This document shows, one piece after another, positions 28,881 to 39,031 of a stretch of 64,000 bases of DNA. The stretch is taken from positions 640,001 to 704,000 of the forward strand of contig CAWEYG010000003.1 in assembly GCA_963813155.1 (NCBI GenBank), read 5' to 3'. A program made the translations under genes and the position numbers. This stretch comes from an uncultured Acidobacteriota bacterium (GTDB lineage Bacteria > Acidobacteriota > Thermoanaerobaculia > UBA5066 > DATFVB01). Numbering within the stretch: the first letter of the stretch is position 1; each line of letters opens with the position of its first letter. The notes beneath the pieces are model-generated. The model worked only from the letters and a program-made list of their open reading frames with translations, ran no database searches and was not told where the DNA came from.

Positions 28881-29804
28881 ATGGCGCTTCTGTCTCGCGA
28901 AAACCTCCTTCGAATCGCGAACCGGGCCGCGGAGCCCTTCCGGCACGACCGCCACCACGACGAAGCGCGGGAATACTGGGAAACCGGCACCGCGGAGAGC
29001 GAGGAAAACCACTACTGGGGCGCGCAGCCGCTCGTGCGCCGAGCGATCAACCGCCGGATCACGGGCGACCCGAACCTGTGGCCGATGGACTGGTTTGCGC
29101 GCAAGTACGCTCCGTCGCCGTTCGACCTCGGCCTGTCCGCCGGCTGCGGGGAGGGCGCCCTGGAACGGGACCTCGTCGCGAAGAACGTCTGCCGGATGGT
29201 CGAGGGAATCGACTTCTCCCGGGAGGCGCTGAAACGGGCCGAAGTCCTGGCCGAGGAGGCAGGCATCTCCTCGCGGATCCGCTACCGCGTCGGGAACCTC
29301 GACGCGCTGGCGCTTCCCGCCGGCGCCTACGACATCGTCTTTTTCCACGGTTCGCTCCACCACGTCCGGGAGATCGAAAACGCGCTGTCGACCGTCCACG
29401 ATGCGCTCAAGCCGGGCGGCATCGTCTTTCTCGACGAATACCTCGGCCCCGCGCGCCTCGAATGGAGCGACTCGGTCTGGCGATTCGCGCAGGCCGCGTT
29501 CGAGGCCCTCGATCCCGATCTCCGCAACCGCCCGAACCTCATGGTTCCCCTCCCCCTCGACGACCCGTCGGAGTCGGTCCGCTCCTCCGGGATCGCGCCG
29601 GAGCTCGCGCGCCGCTTCGAGATCCTCGAGGATCGCCCCTACGGGGGCAACATCCTCTGGTTCACGTTTCCCTGCCTCGACATGAAGATGCTCCGCAACG
29701 ACCGCACCGGGGCGCTGTCCCGGCTCATCGCCCTTGAGGACCACCTCCTCGAGAACCGGTGGGTCGAGTCGTACTTCCGGATCGTGATCGCCCGCAAGAA
29801 ATGA
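28881..29804 (+). CDS. Class I SAM-dependent methyltransferase
   Basis: Motif I GLSAGCGEG, GIDFS, YDIVFFHGSLHH and LKPGG. Confidence 0.88.
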   Translation: MALLSRENLLRIANRAAEPFRHDRHHDEAREYWETGTAESEENHYWGAQPLVRRAINRRITGDPNLWPMDWFARKYAPSPFDLGLSAGCGEGALERDLVAKNVCRMVEGIDFSREALKRAEVLAEEAGISSRIRYRVGNLDALALPAGAYDIVFFHGSLHHVREIENALSTVHDALKPGGIVFLDEYLGPARLEWSDSVWRFAQAAFEALDPDLRNRPNLMVPLPLDDPSESVRSSGIAPELARRFEILEDRPYGGNILWFTFPCLDMKMLRNDRTGALSRLIALEDHLLENRWVESYFRIVIARKK

Positions 29805-32128
29805 GGCGGGCGGGCGCCCTTCTGGCCGTCTGCAACCTTCTCTTCTTCTGGCCGGTCCTGTTCCACGGCCGCGTGTTCTCTTCGCACGACGTCGCGCTCT
29901 CGCTCCATCCGTGGAAGGCGTCGTCCGGCATCGACCTTCCGCGCAACCGGCTGCTGGCCGACCCCGCGACCTCTTCGGAATCGCTGCTTCGGAATTTCCG
30001 GAAACTGCCGGCGGGCTTCTTCTGGAACCGCTCGATCGGCGGCGGCGCTCCCGGCCCCGTCAATCTCGTTCAGGGAAATCTTTCCCCGTTTTTCTGGCTC
30101 CCAGCGCTCGCGCTGCCCGAAGCGGGAATCGAGACCGGGATCCTGTTCCTGAAACTCAACGCCTCGTTCCTGTTCGCGTACCTCTTCTTTCGCCGCCGGA
30201 AATTCTCGGAGAACGCCGCTTCGGCGGGGGCGGCGGCCTGGGCGCTTTCCAGCGTCCAGACCTGCTGGTGGCTCTGGATGCAGACCTCCGTCTCGGTGTT
30301 CTTCCCGCTCCTGCTGTGGAGCGTCGACGTCGCGCTCGAATCCCCGGCTTTCGTCCCGGCGGCGGCGGCGGCCGCGTGGGTCTTCCTCGGGCTCTTCGCC
30401 GGGGGATACCCGTTCTGGATTTTCTTCGGCGCGATCCTCGTCGCGTTCGCCTTCCTCTCGCGAATCGGCGAATTCCCCGCGCGCGCGATGCTCGCGGCGG
30501 CGGCGAGGCTCTCCTGCGCGGCCGCGATCGCGCTCGCGATCCTCCTTCCCGCGGGCCTCGTGTCGTTCCGTTTTTTGAAGGAGACCGGCGAGATCCGGCG
30601 CCGGGCGGGGCTCGGCGCGCAGAACCCCATGCCGCTGCGCCAGCTGAGGCTCTATCTCGCTCCCGGTTACGCGGGGAACGCGCCGGACGAGAGCTACACG
30701 GGAGTCGGGCTGGGACCGATGGACAACCCGTTCGAGACGGCGTCGGCGGTCGGCCCCTTCGCGCTCGGATTCGCCGCGCTCGCGGTCGCGTCGCGCCGGA
30801 GGCGGCGGCTCGTTCTCCTCGCCGCCGCGCTCGCCCTCTCGGTCGGGATTCCGCTCTATGCGGGCGGGAGAATCCTGCGCGCGGTCGGAAGCCTTCCCGG
30901 TTTCTCGGCGGGCCACTTCCATCGCACGAAAGTCCTGATCGTCCTCGCGATCGCGATCGCGTGCGCGGCGGGCGTCGAGGTCCTCGAGGACCTTTTCCGG
31001 GGAAGAAAAATCCTTCGGCGCATCCTCTCCGCCGTTCCGTACGCGATCGCGGTTCCGCTCGTGTTCCTCGCCGCGCGAAACTACCCTGCGGTCCCGCCTT
31101 CGCGGGCCGTCTTTGCCGCGACGCCGGGAATCGAAAAGCTCCTCGCGTCGGAAAGCGCTGCGCCCGCCCGGTTCCTCGGCACGGGATGGACGCTCATGCC
31201 GAACCTCTCCGAGGCGTTCGGCGTCGAGGACGTTCGCAGCCACCTCATGCACGAGCAGGCGTACGTGGACCTCCTCCGCTCCGCCGACCCGAACGTCTAC
31301 GGCACGTTCGGAACCCTGCTGATCTTCGGGCCGCGCAGCTTCGATCCCTCTTCGGCCGTTCTCGACCTCCTGAACGTCACGCGAATCGCGGCGCCGCCGG
31401 GCGTCGGCCGGCCCGACTCGCGCGAAGCCGCGCTCCAGGACCCCGTGTATCTCTTTTCCGAACAGACGAGCCGCGTGTCGCCGGTCGGCGAGCGCCCCCG
31501 CGCTCCCCTTCCGATCGCCTATTCCGGGCCGGACATGACGCTGTTCTCGCGGCCGGGAGCGTTTGCCCGGTTCTTCCCCGTCTCCCGCGTTCTCGAGGGA
31601 GGCGCTCCCGAAGCGGCCGCGGCGTCGCGCGAAGAGCTCGCGACGACGGCATTCGTGCCAGGCGGGGATTTCGCGGCGCTCCGGAACGCCCTTTCCGGCT
31701 CGCGGCCCGAAGACGCCCGTGTGCGGATCGTCGAATATCGGGCCGAGAAGTTCGCCCTCTCCGTCGATTCGAGGACTCCCGTCTTCCTCGCGTCCTCCGA
31801 GAAACTGTTCGACCCCTACTGGCGCGGCTTCCTCGACGGGCGGCCGGCTCCCGTGGCCGCCTCCGACGGGCTCTTCTTCGGGATGCTCGTGCCGGCGGGG
31901 AGGCACGTCGTCGAAGGGAGGTTTCAGATCCCGCGGCGGGAGATCGCGCTGTCCGCGATCGGCGCCGTCGCGCTGCTGTCCCTCACGTTCGCTGCAGGAA
32001 TTCTTTCACGGTCTCGGCGGCGAACGACAGGCACTCCGCCTGGGTCCTCAGCGTTCTTTGCCGGAGGCTTGAGCGAGTGGTCCCCTCCCTCGACCCAGAC
32101 GACGCGAATCGCGGAGGAGAGCCGGTAG
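29801..32128 (+). CDS. YfhO-family polytopic membrane protein (GT-C-like); true stop may be 32072 if the base near 32063 is an artefact
   Basis: FWN..GG.P loop, many TM segments, C-terminal SEKLFDPYWRGFLDG...VPAGRHVV plus final TM. Confidence 0.78.
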   Translation: MRRAGALLAVCNLLFFWPVLFHGRVFSSHDVALSLHPWKASSGIDLPRNRLLADPATSSESLLRNFRKLPAGFFWNRSIGGGAPGPVNLVQGNLSPFFWLPALALPEAGIETGILFLKLNASFLFAYLFFRRRKFSENAASAGAAAWALSSVQTCWWLWMQTSVSVFFPLLLWSVDVALESPAFVPAAAAAAWVFLGLFAGGYPFWIFFGAILVAFAFLSRIGEFPARAMLAAAARLSCAAAIALAILLPAGLVSFRFLKETGEIRRRAGLGAQNPMPLRQLRLYLAPGYAGNAPDESYTGVGLGPMDNPFETASAVGPFALGFAALAVASRRRRRLVLLAAALALSVGIPLYAGGRILRAVGSLPGFSAGHFHRTKVLIVLAIAIACAAGVEVLEDLFRGRKILRRILSAVPYAIAVPLVFLAARNYPAVPPSRAVFAATPGIEKLLASESAAPARFLGTGWTLMPNLSEAFGVEDVRSHLMHEQAYVDLLRSADPNVYGTFGTLLIFGPRSFDPSSAVLDLLNVTRIAAPPGVGRPDSREAALQDPVYLFSEQTSRVSPVGERPRAPLPIAYSGPDMTLFSRPGAFARFFPVSRVLEGGAPEAAAASREELATTAFVPGGDFAALRNALSGSRPEDARVRIVEYRAEKFALSVDSRTPVFLASSEKLFDPYWRGFLDGRPAPVAASDGLFFGMLVPAGRHVVEGRFQIPRREIALSAIGAVALLSLTFAAGILSRSRRRTTGTPPGSSAFFAGGLSEWSPPSTQTTRIAEESR

Positions 32129-32598
32129 GACACGACGTCGGCCTTCGAACCGAGGGCGTCGCGGGTGCCCTGGATGATGAGGGTTGGCGTCCGCAGAGCC
32201 GCAAGGTGCTCGGTGCGCAGGCGCTCCGGTTTTCCGGGAGGGTGAAACGGATACCCGAGACAGACGAGCGCGCGGACTCCCGCCTCGTCGGCGACCATGC
32301 TCGCGATGCGGCCTCCCATCGACTTGCCGCCGATCGCGAGCTTCTCCGGTCCGAAGTGCCCGATGACCTCCAGCCAGCTCTTCCGGAGGACCGCCGGCGG
32401 ATCGGGCGCGCCCTTCTTTCCCGATTCCCGGCGCCTCTGCATGTAGGGAAATTCGAACCGGACGACGCGGATCCCGTTCCCCGCGATCTCTTCGGCCATC
32501 GTCTCGAGGAACGGCGAGTCCATCGCCGCCCCGGCGCCGTGCGCGAGAACCAGGGTGAGCCGCGGGCGGGCGGGGCCGTTCGAGAGGAACGGGATCAT
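31983..32598 (-). CDS. Alpha/beta hydrolase, KANSL3/Tex30-like (apparent +1 frameshift near 32063)
   Basis: LAHGAGA, RFEFPY, GGKSMGGR, LGYPFHPPG, QGTRD and GDHS; natural-looking C-terminus in the adjacent frame. Confidence 0.85.
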
Positions 32599-32636
32599 CC
32601 GCGAATCGTACACCGCGCCATATACTCCGCAAGCCG

Positions 32637-33620
32637 ATGAAGCTCGTCGTCCAGATCCCCGCGTTCAACGAGGAAGGGTCGCTCGCCGCCGCGATCGCGG
32701 CGCTGCCGAAAAGCGTCGAAGGCTTCGATTCGGTCGAGGTCCTCGTGATCGACGACGGATCGTCGGACGGCACCTCGGAGGTCGCCCGCCGGTCGGGCGC
32801 CGCCGAAGTCGTGCGCTTTCCCGCGCACCGGGGGCTCGCGGCCGCGTTCACCGCCGGCATCGAAGCGAGCCTGCGCCGGGGGGCCGACTGCATCGTGAAC
32901 TTCGACGCCGACAACCAGTACGTCGCGGCCGACCTTCCGCTCCTCGTCGCGCCGATCCTGCGGGGCGAGGCGGACCTCGTCGTGGGTGACCGCCAGACCC
33001 ACCGGATTCCCCATTTCTCCCCGGCGAAGAAGTTCCTGCAGGCGGCAGGGTCCTGGGTCGTGCGGCAGGCCTCCTCGACGAACGTCCCGGACGCGACGTC
33101 CGGCTTCCGGGCGCTGTCCCGCCACGCGGCGGAATCCGTCCACGTCTTCTCGAGGCTGACGTACACGTTGGAGACGCTGATCCAGGCGGGCTCGAAGGGC
33201 CTGCGCATCGCCTCGGTCCCGGTGCGAACGAATCCGCCCGTCCGCCCGTCGAGGCTCATCCCCTCGACCGCGAAATACGTCGCGCTCTCCGGCGCGAACA
33301 TCCTGCGGATCACGGCGCTGTACAAGCCGCTGAAGGTCTTCTCGGCCGCCGCCGCGCTTTTCCTCGCGTCGGGCCTCGCGCTCGTGCTCCGGTACGGCTG
33401 GCTCTACGCGACGGGACGGAATCCCGCGGGGCACGTCCAGTCGCTCATCGTCGCGGCGATCCTCATCGTCGTCGGCGCCCAGACGTTCCTGATCGCGCTG
33501 CTCGCGGACCTCGTGTCGATCAACCGGACGCTGCTGGAGGAGTTGAAGGAGCGTGCTTCCGGATCTAGTACCATTTCCCCGGCTGCCGGTTCAGAACGGT
33601 CGAATCCGTTAGCACGTTGA
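32637..33620 (+). CDS. Glycosyltransferase family 2 with C-terminal TM pair (polyprenol-phosphate GT type)
   Basis: IPAFNEE, IDDGSSDGT, FDADNQY and DATSGFRA motifs; two C-terminal TM helices. Confidence 0.88.
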   Translation: MKLVVQIPAFNEEGSLAAAIAALPKSVEGFDSVEVLVIDDGSSDGTSEVARRSGAAEVVRFPAHRGLAAAFTAGIEASLRRGADCIVNFDADNQYVAADLPLLVAPILRGEADLVVGDRQTHRIPHFSPAKKFLQAAGSWVVRQASSTNVPDATSGFRALSRHAAESVHVFSRLTYTLETLIQAGSKGLRIASVPVRTNPPVRPSRLIPSTAKYVALSGANILRITALYKPLKVFSAAAALFLASGLALVLRYGWLYATGRNPAGHVQSLIVAAILIVVGAQTFLIALLADLVSINRTLLEELKERASGSSTISPAAGSERSNPLAR

Positions 33621-34143
33621 ACGCCTGCGCCCCGGTGTCCGCGAGCGAATAGAGGATCCGCGCGTCCTTTTTGATGATTCCGTCCGCGATGCAGCGCTCG
33701 AATTGGGCCATGAGCGCGTCGTAGAAGCCGTGGCTGTTCACGAAAACGATCGGCTTGTTGTGGATCCCCATCTGTTTCCACGTGAGCATCTCGAAAAACT
33801 CTTCCATGGTCCCGAAACCGCCCGGAAAGGCGACGAACGCGTCCGAGGCCTTGAACATCTCGGCCTTGCGTTCGTGCATCGTTTCGACGACCTTCAACTC
33901 GGTCAAGCCGGGGTGCGCGACTTCGCGGGAGATCAGCGCTCTCGGGATCACGCCGAGCACTTCGCCGCCGGCCGAAAGGACCGAGTCGGCCAGCGCGCCC
34001 ATCACGCCGACGGATGCGCCCCCGTACACGAGCCGCCAGCCGCGCGAAGCGAGTCCCTTTCCGAACTCCCGGGCCTCGTCGTTCAACCAGGCCGGAGCGC
34101 CCGTGGAAGCCGCGCAATAGACGCACACGGATCGAATCTCCAA
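33565..34143 (-). CDS. LOG-family nucleotide phosphoribohydrolase
   Basis: LVYGG, MHERK and PGGFGTMEE motifs. Confidence 0.92.
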   Translation of the reverse strand: MEIRSVCVYCAASTGAPAWLNDEAREFGKGLASRGWRLVYGGASVGVMGALADSVLSAGGEVLGVIPRALISREVAHPGLTELKVVETMHERKAEMFKASDAFVAFPGGFGTMEEFFEMLTWKQMGIHNKPIVFVNSHGFYDALMAQFERCIADGIIKKDARILYSLADTGAQAFNVLTDSTVLNRQPGKWY

Positions 34144-34159
34144 GGGACCTCTCTCTATC

Positions 34160-34739
34160 TCATCGGGGAGCCGCCGCCGCGTGGCGACTCCCGGGCGATT
34201 CGACCGGAAAACCCTCCGCGCACAGCGGGCACTGGTCGGCGGGCCACGCCGGAACCTGCAGCGAAAGAAGCGACTTCGTTTCCACCGGAAGCGCGCCGGC
34301 CGGGAGCCCGCGGTCGACGATCGAGCCGGCCGCGACGACCGAGCCTCCGAGCTGCCCGATCGCCTCGATCGTCTCGCGCGTGGATTTTCCCGTCGTGAAG
34401 ACGTCCTCGACGACCGCGACCCGTTCCGAGGGCTCGAGCCGGAAACCCCGGCGAAGCTGCATCCGCCCGTCCTTGCGCTCCGTGAACAGCGCGCGCACGC
34501 CGAGAGCGCGGGCGACCTCGTGCCCGATGATCACGCCGCCGAGCGCGGGAGACACGACGACGCCCGCCTGGGAAAGGACGCAGTTCCTGCGCAAGGAGCC
34601 GTCCGATCCGCTCCGCGCGGTCGGGCCACTGGAGGAGTGTCGCGCACTGCAGGTAGCGGTCGCTATGGAGGCCGGAGGAGAGCTGGAAATGGCCCGAGAG
34701 CAACGCTCCCGTCTCCTGGAACTCCTTCAACAGGTCCAC
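34160..34739 (-). CDS. pyrE: Orotate phosphoribosyltransferase (apparent +1 frameshift near 34572)
   Basis: GHFQLSSGLHSDRYLQC in one frame; SPALGG and PRPP motif VVEDVFTTGKS in the next. Confidence 0.92.
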
Positions 34740-34777
34740 TCCGGGAATCCTACACCACCGGATACAATCCGTTCCGC

Positions 34778-35173
34778 ATGAGCGACTACACCGAAGACCA
34801 CGCGAAATCCGGCATCGCCGCGCCGCTTCCGGCGATCGAAACGTGGCCGAACCAGTATCCCGACTACGAGATCGCCGTCGAGGTCCCCGAGTACAACGCG
34901 ATCTGCCCGAAGACCGGCCTCCCCGACTTCGGGGCGCTCGCGATCCGCTACGTTCCCGACCGCCTCTGCCTGGAGCTCAAGTCGCTGAAGCTCTACATCG
35001 TGGCGTACCGCAACGTCGGCATCTTCTACGAGAACGCCGTCAACCGGATCCTGCGAGACTGCGTGGAAGCGTGCCGCCCGAAACGGATGTCGATCACCGG
35101 GACGTTCTCCTCGCGCGGCGGCATCAGCTCGACGATCGAAGCGCGCTACGCCGACGGGAAGTTCTCGGTCTGA
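34778..35173 (+). CDS. queF: NADPH-dependent preQ0 reductase QueF (unimodular type)
   Basis: CPKTGLPDFG, QueF motif ELKSLKLY and RGGI. Confidence 0.92.
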   Translation: MSDYTEDHAKSGIAAPLPAIETWPNQYPDYEIAVEVPEYNAICPKTGLPDFGALAIRYVPDRLCLELKSLKLYIVAYRNVGIFYENAVNRILRDCVEACRPKRMSITGTFSSRGGISSTIEARYADGKFSV

Positions 35174-36321
35174 TGTCCCGAACGGGAAAGAGGCCCCTCG
35201 AGGGAACTCTCGTCCTCGACCTCTCGCGCGTTCTCGCGGGCCCGTATTGCTCGATGATGCTCGCGGACCTCGGCGCGCGGGTCCTCAAGGTCGAGCATCC
35301 CGAAGGAGGCGACACGACGCGCGGCTGGGGGCCGCCGTTCGACGGCTCGGGAGAGTCCGCCTACTACCTCTCGATCAACCGCAACAAAGAGTCCATCGTG
35401 CTGGACCTCGGGACGGAGGTGGGCCGGCGATCCGTCGAGATCCTCGCGGGTCGCGCGGACGTCCTCCTCGAGAACTTCGCTCCCGGCGCTCTCGACCGGC
35501 TCGGCCTTTCGCTCGAAGCGCTGCGGCACGCGAACCCCCGCCTCATTACGGGGTCGGTCACCGGGTTCGGGCGCGTCGGGCCCGATCGCGACTGCGTCGG
35601 CTTCGATCTCCTCGCCCAGGCGGGCGCGGGGTTGATGTGGGTCACGGGAGATCCCGAAGGGCCGCCCCAGAAGGTCGGCATGGCCGTGTCGGACGTGATC
35701 GCCGGCTATAACCTGGCGGTCGGCGTCCTCGCGGCGCTCGTCGAGCGCGGCGCGACGGGAAAGGGAACGGCGGTCGAGGTCGACCTCTTCTCTTCCACGG
35801 TCGCAATGCTCCCGAACTACACGCAGGCATGCCTCGTTTCGGGCGAGGAGGCCCGCCGGTTCGGAACGGGCCACGGCCAGATCGTTCCGTACCAGATGTT
35901 CGAGACCTCCGACGGGGAGTTCATCCTCGCCGTCGGAACGGAGCGGCAGTTCAAGAACCTCTGCGAGAAGGTCCTCCGCAAAAACGAGTGGAGCCGCGAT
36001 CCCCGCTATTCGACGAATGCGGCGAGGGTCGCGAACCGCGGCGCGCTCATCCCCGCCTTGCAGGAGGTTTTTCGGACGGGGACGCGTGAGGAATGGCTGC
36101 GCCGTTGCCGCGACGCCTCCGTTCCCGCGGGCCCCGTGCGCGGTCCGCTCGAGGCGCTCCGCTCGCCGCAGGCGGAAGCCCTCGGCCTCGTCCGGGGCTC
36201 GGAAGAATTTCGAACCGTCGCGTCGCCGATCCGGTTCGCGGAGAGCGAAGCGCCGCTCGCGCGGCCCCCGAGGCTCGGCGAGCAGACGGAAAGCATCAAG
36301 AAAGAATTCGGGCTGCCCTAG
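35173..36321 (+). CDS. Class III CoA-transferase (CaiB/BaiF family)
   Basis: VLDLSRVLAGP, LADLGA, NRNKESI, ENF.PG and PRLGEQT motifs. Confidence 0.92.
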   Translation: MSRTGKRPLEGTLVLDLSRVLAGPYCSMMLADLGARVLKVEHPEGGDTTRGWGPPFDGSGESAYYLSINRNKESIVLDLGTEVGRRSVEILAGRADVLLENFAPGALDRLGLSLEALRHANPRLITGSVTGFGRVGPDRDCVGFDLLAQAGAGLMWVTGDPEGPPQKVGMAVSDVIAGYNLAVGVLAALVERGATGKGTAVEVDLFSSTVAMLPNYTQACLVSGEEARRFGTGHGQIVPYQMFETSDGEFILAVGTERQFKNLCEKVLRKNEWSRDPRYSTNAARVANRGALIPALQEVFRTGTREEWLRRCRDASVPAGPVRGPLEALRSPQAEALGLVRGSEEFRTVASPIRFAESEAPLARPPRLGEQTESIKKEFGLP

Positions 36322-38066
36322 GGCCGGCGCTGCAGACGATTCCGCGGCCCGGAGCCGAGCGGCGAATGTTTGCCGATGTAGGCGGCGAACACGTCCACGT
36401 CGCGATTGCCTGCCGTCGGATCGCTCCCTTCTTTCGCGACGGCCAGTCCGTCTCCTCCCGACCACAGGTAGTCGGGCATCGCAACCCGGTAGCGGGCCGC
36501 CGGCGCCACGATCCGGCCGTTAATCGTGATCGACGCCCCGTCCACCCGGCGCCCCCTGGGCTGCGAAAGGCTGTACGAATACCCGAATCCGTTCGAAACC
36601 TGCAGCATCGTGTTCTGGCCGGGCCGCGGATTGTCGAACTGTTGCTCGAGCAGGCGTCGGAGGGCATTGCCGGACAGCGTCTTCACGATGACGACGTTTC
36701 CGAATGGCAGCACGTTGAAGGCGTCCGAATACGTGACCGCACTCGCCTCCCCCGAGCCGGACGCCGACTCCCGGGTGAGATCGGCTCGAAGGCCTCCCGG
36801 ATTCATCAACGCGACGACAGCCTCCCCGCTTTCCGGGTCGCTGGCCGCGTCCAGCATGCTGTCGGCGACGACGTCTCCGAGGGCCGACTCGCCGGCCTCG
36901 TTGAGCGTTCGGAGAATGCTCGTGGAAATCGAGCCGACAGGGCGGTTTCCGATCTTCGCCGCAAAGGGGCGATAGCGGTCGAGCAGTGCGGTCTCGCCCG
37001 CGTCTTTGACGACGTCGCGAGTGACGACGACGTTGTGCGCGCTCTTCGACACGACCCTGCCGGTACGGCGATCGATTCGAAGGTCGATGTCGGTAATGAG
37101 CCGCCCGAACGACTCGGCGCTCGTCACGAGTTTCGTCCCGATCCTGCAGTTGTACGCCCGGTGGGTGTGACCCGAGACGACGACATCGATGTCCTCCGAC
37201 ATGCTCTGCACGATCGGCACAATCGCGCCCGACAGGGATTGGCACGCGTCGGGGTCGTCGCCCTCCTGCTTCCCGCCCTGGTGAATCAGAACGACGATCG
37301 CGCGAACTCCCTGGCGGCGAAGACCTGCGGCGACGGCATTGGCCGTTCTCGCCTCCGGGGCGAAGGACAGCCCCTTCATTCCGGCTGGCGCCACGATCCG
37401 AGGCGCGCCTTCGAGGGTGAGACCGATGAACCCGATCTTCACCCCGCCGACCTCCTTCACCATCGACGGCGGAAACAGCGTGGCCGGGCGATGGTTCGAG
37501 CTTTTCCACCCGCTCTTCGCCAGCGCCCGGGAGTCGACGCGGAGAGGATCGAGGACGATGTTGGCCGACAGAAATTCGAACCTCGCTCCGTCGAACGGCG
37601 TCCCGCCCTGGCAGCCGTCGACCGGATGACAGCCGCCCTTCTGCAGGCGATAGAGCTCCGACCATCCTTCATCGAGCTCGTGGTTGCCGACCGCCGAAAC
37701 CTGCAGCCCCGCTGCGCCGAGCGCCTCGATCGTCGGCTCGTCGTGAAACATGCTCGACAGCAGCGGTGCCGCGCCGATGTTGTCGCCGGCAGAAACGACG
37801 ATCGTGTTCGGATTGGCCGCCTTCAGCGTGGCCAGGTGCGTCGCGAGGTACTCGATGCCGCCCGCTTCCGTTGCTCCCATTCGGCCATTCGAACCCGACG
37901 GAGGTTCGAGGTTTCCGTGAAAATCGTTGATCGCGAGCAGCTGAACCTCAACGGTGCCGGCCTCCGGTGCGGGCTGGGCCCTTGCCACCGGAAGCGCCGC
38001 GAGGATCGTGAGCCCGAGCGATCCGAAAAACCTCCGAAAAGCAGAGACGATCGTCGGTGACGCCAC
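36318..38066 (-). CDS. Secreted bifunctional metallophosphatase / 5'-nucleotidase
   Basis: Signal peptide; NDFHG, AGD, GNHE, GHTH, NPGGLRADL and LPFGN motifs. Confidence 0.92.
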   Translation of the reverse strand: MASPTIVSAFRRFFGSLGLTILAALPVARAQPAPEAGTVEVQLLAINDFHGNLEPPSGSNGRMGATEAGGIEYLATHLATLKAANPNTIVVSAGDNIGAAPLLSSMFHDEPTIEALGAAGLQVSAVGNHELDEGWSELYRLQKGGCHPVDGCQGGTPFDGARFEFLSANIVLDPLRVDSRALAKSGWKSSNHRPATLFPPSMVKEVGGVKIGFIGLTLEGAPRIVAPAGMKGLSFAPEARTANAVAAGLRRQGVRAIVVLIHQGGKQEGDDPDACQSLSGAIVPIVQSMSEDIDVVVSGHTHRAYNCRIGTKLVTSAESFGRLITDIDLRIDRRTGRVVSKSAHNVVVTRDVVKDAGETALLDRYRPFAAKIGNRPVGSISTSILRTLNEAGESALGDVVADSMLDAASDPESGEAVVALMNPGGLRADLTRESASGSGEASAVTYSDAFNVLPFGNVVIVKTLSGNALRRLLEQQFDNPRPGQNTMLQVSNGFGYSYSLSQPRGRRVDGASITINGRIVAPAARYRVAMPDYLWSGGDGLAVAKEGSDPTAGNRDVDVFAAYIGKHSPLGSGPRNRLQRRP

Positions 38067-38069
38067 CCG

Positions 38070-38996
38070 TCACGCCGACCCGTACAGCGGCGTGCTCAGG
38101 TACTTCATCCCGGAATCGACCGCGATGGTCACGACGGTCTTGCCGGCCCCCAATCGCGCCGCGACCCGCAGCGCGACGGTCACATTGCCGCCCGTGGACG
38201 TCCCGGCGAAGATGCCTTCCTCGCGCGCGAGCCGCCGGGCGGTCGCCATCGCTTCCGCCGTCGAGACCGTCTGAATCTCGTCGGCCAGGCCCTCGACCCA
38301 GAGCGGCGAGACAAAACCGGGCCCGACGCCCTCGATCTTGTGCGAACCGGTCGGCCCGCCCGAGAGCACGGCAGACTCCGCCGGCTCCACGGCGACGACA
38401 CGCACGGAAGGGTCGTGCGACCGGAGACGCGTCGAAATTCCCCTCAGGGAACCCGCGGTGCCGACGCTCTGCACGAAGGCGCTCACGCTTCCATTCGTCT
38501 GCGCCCGAATCTCCTCCGCCATCTGCTCGTAGCTCGGGAGCTGATCCCGGTTGTTCAACTGGTCGGTCCAGTAGCTCCCGGGCGCCGACGCGAGTTTTCT
38601 CGCCGCCTCGATCATCTCCTCGATCAGGGCCTTCGTCGTTCCTCCGGTCGGGCTGCGCACGAGCGTGAGGCGGGCGCCGAGCGCCGCCATGTGGTCCCGT
38701 TTCTCGCGGCTGAAGGCGTCCGAGGTCACGATCTGAAGCGGAATGCGCTTCGCGGCGCACACGAACGCGAGCGATACTCCCGTGCTCCCGCCCGTGTACT
38801 CGACGACGGAGCCGCCCGGCCGAAGCCGCCCGTCGGCCTCCGCGGTCTCCACCATCGCGAGGGCCATCCGGTCCTTCATGCTCCCGGTTGGATTTTCGAA
38901 TTCCAGCTTCAGGAGGATCTCGGCGCTTCCTTCCGGCACCATGTGCCGCAGCGGAAGGATCCTCGTGCGGCCGATCGTCTCGAGCAGCTTCATCAT
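38070..38996 (-). CDS. PLP-dependent cysteine synthase family protein
   Basis: KLEFENPTGSMKDR, VGTAGS, HKIEGVG and EEGIFAGTSTG motifs. Confidence 0.88.
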   Translation of the reverse strand: MMKLLETIGRTRILPLRHMVPEGSAEILLKLEFENPTGSMKDRMALAMVETAEADGRLRPGGSVVEYTGGSTGVSLAFVCAAKRIPLQIVTSDAFSREKRDHMAALGARLTLVRSPTGGTTKALIEEMIEAARKLASAPGSYWTDQLNNRDQLPSYEQMAEEIRAQTNGSVSAFVQSVGTAGSLRGISTRLRSHDPSVRVVAVEPAESAVLSGGPTGSHKIEGVGPGFVSPLWVEGLADEIQTVSTAEAMATARRLAREEGIFAGTSTGGNVTVALRVAARLGAGKTVVTIAVDSGMKYLSTPLYGSA

Positions 38997-39031
38997 CGAA
39001 TCTTCATTTTACGGCGAGCGCGGCCGCGCCT

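Noticed and set aside
31924-32128. 205-bp convergent overlap of the YfhO-like gene and the hydrolase
   Set aside because: Removing one base near 32063 gives natural ends (32072 and 31983) and shrinks the overlap to about 90 bp
34740-34777. preQ1 riboswitch upstream of queF
   Set aside because: Intergenic space is only 38 bp and lacks the preQ1 stem and A-rich tail
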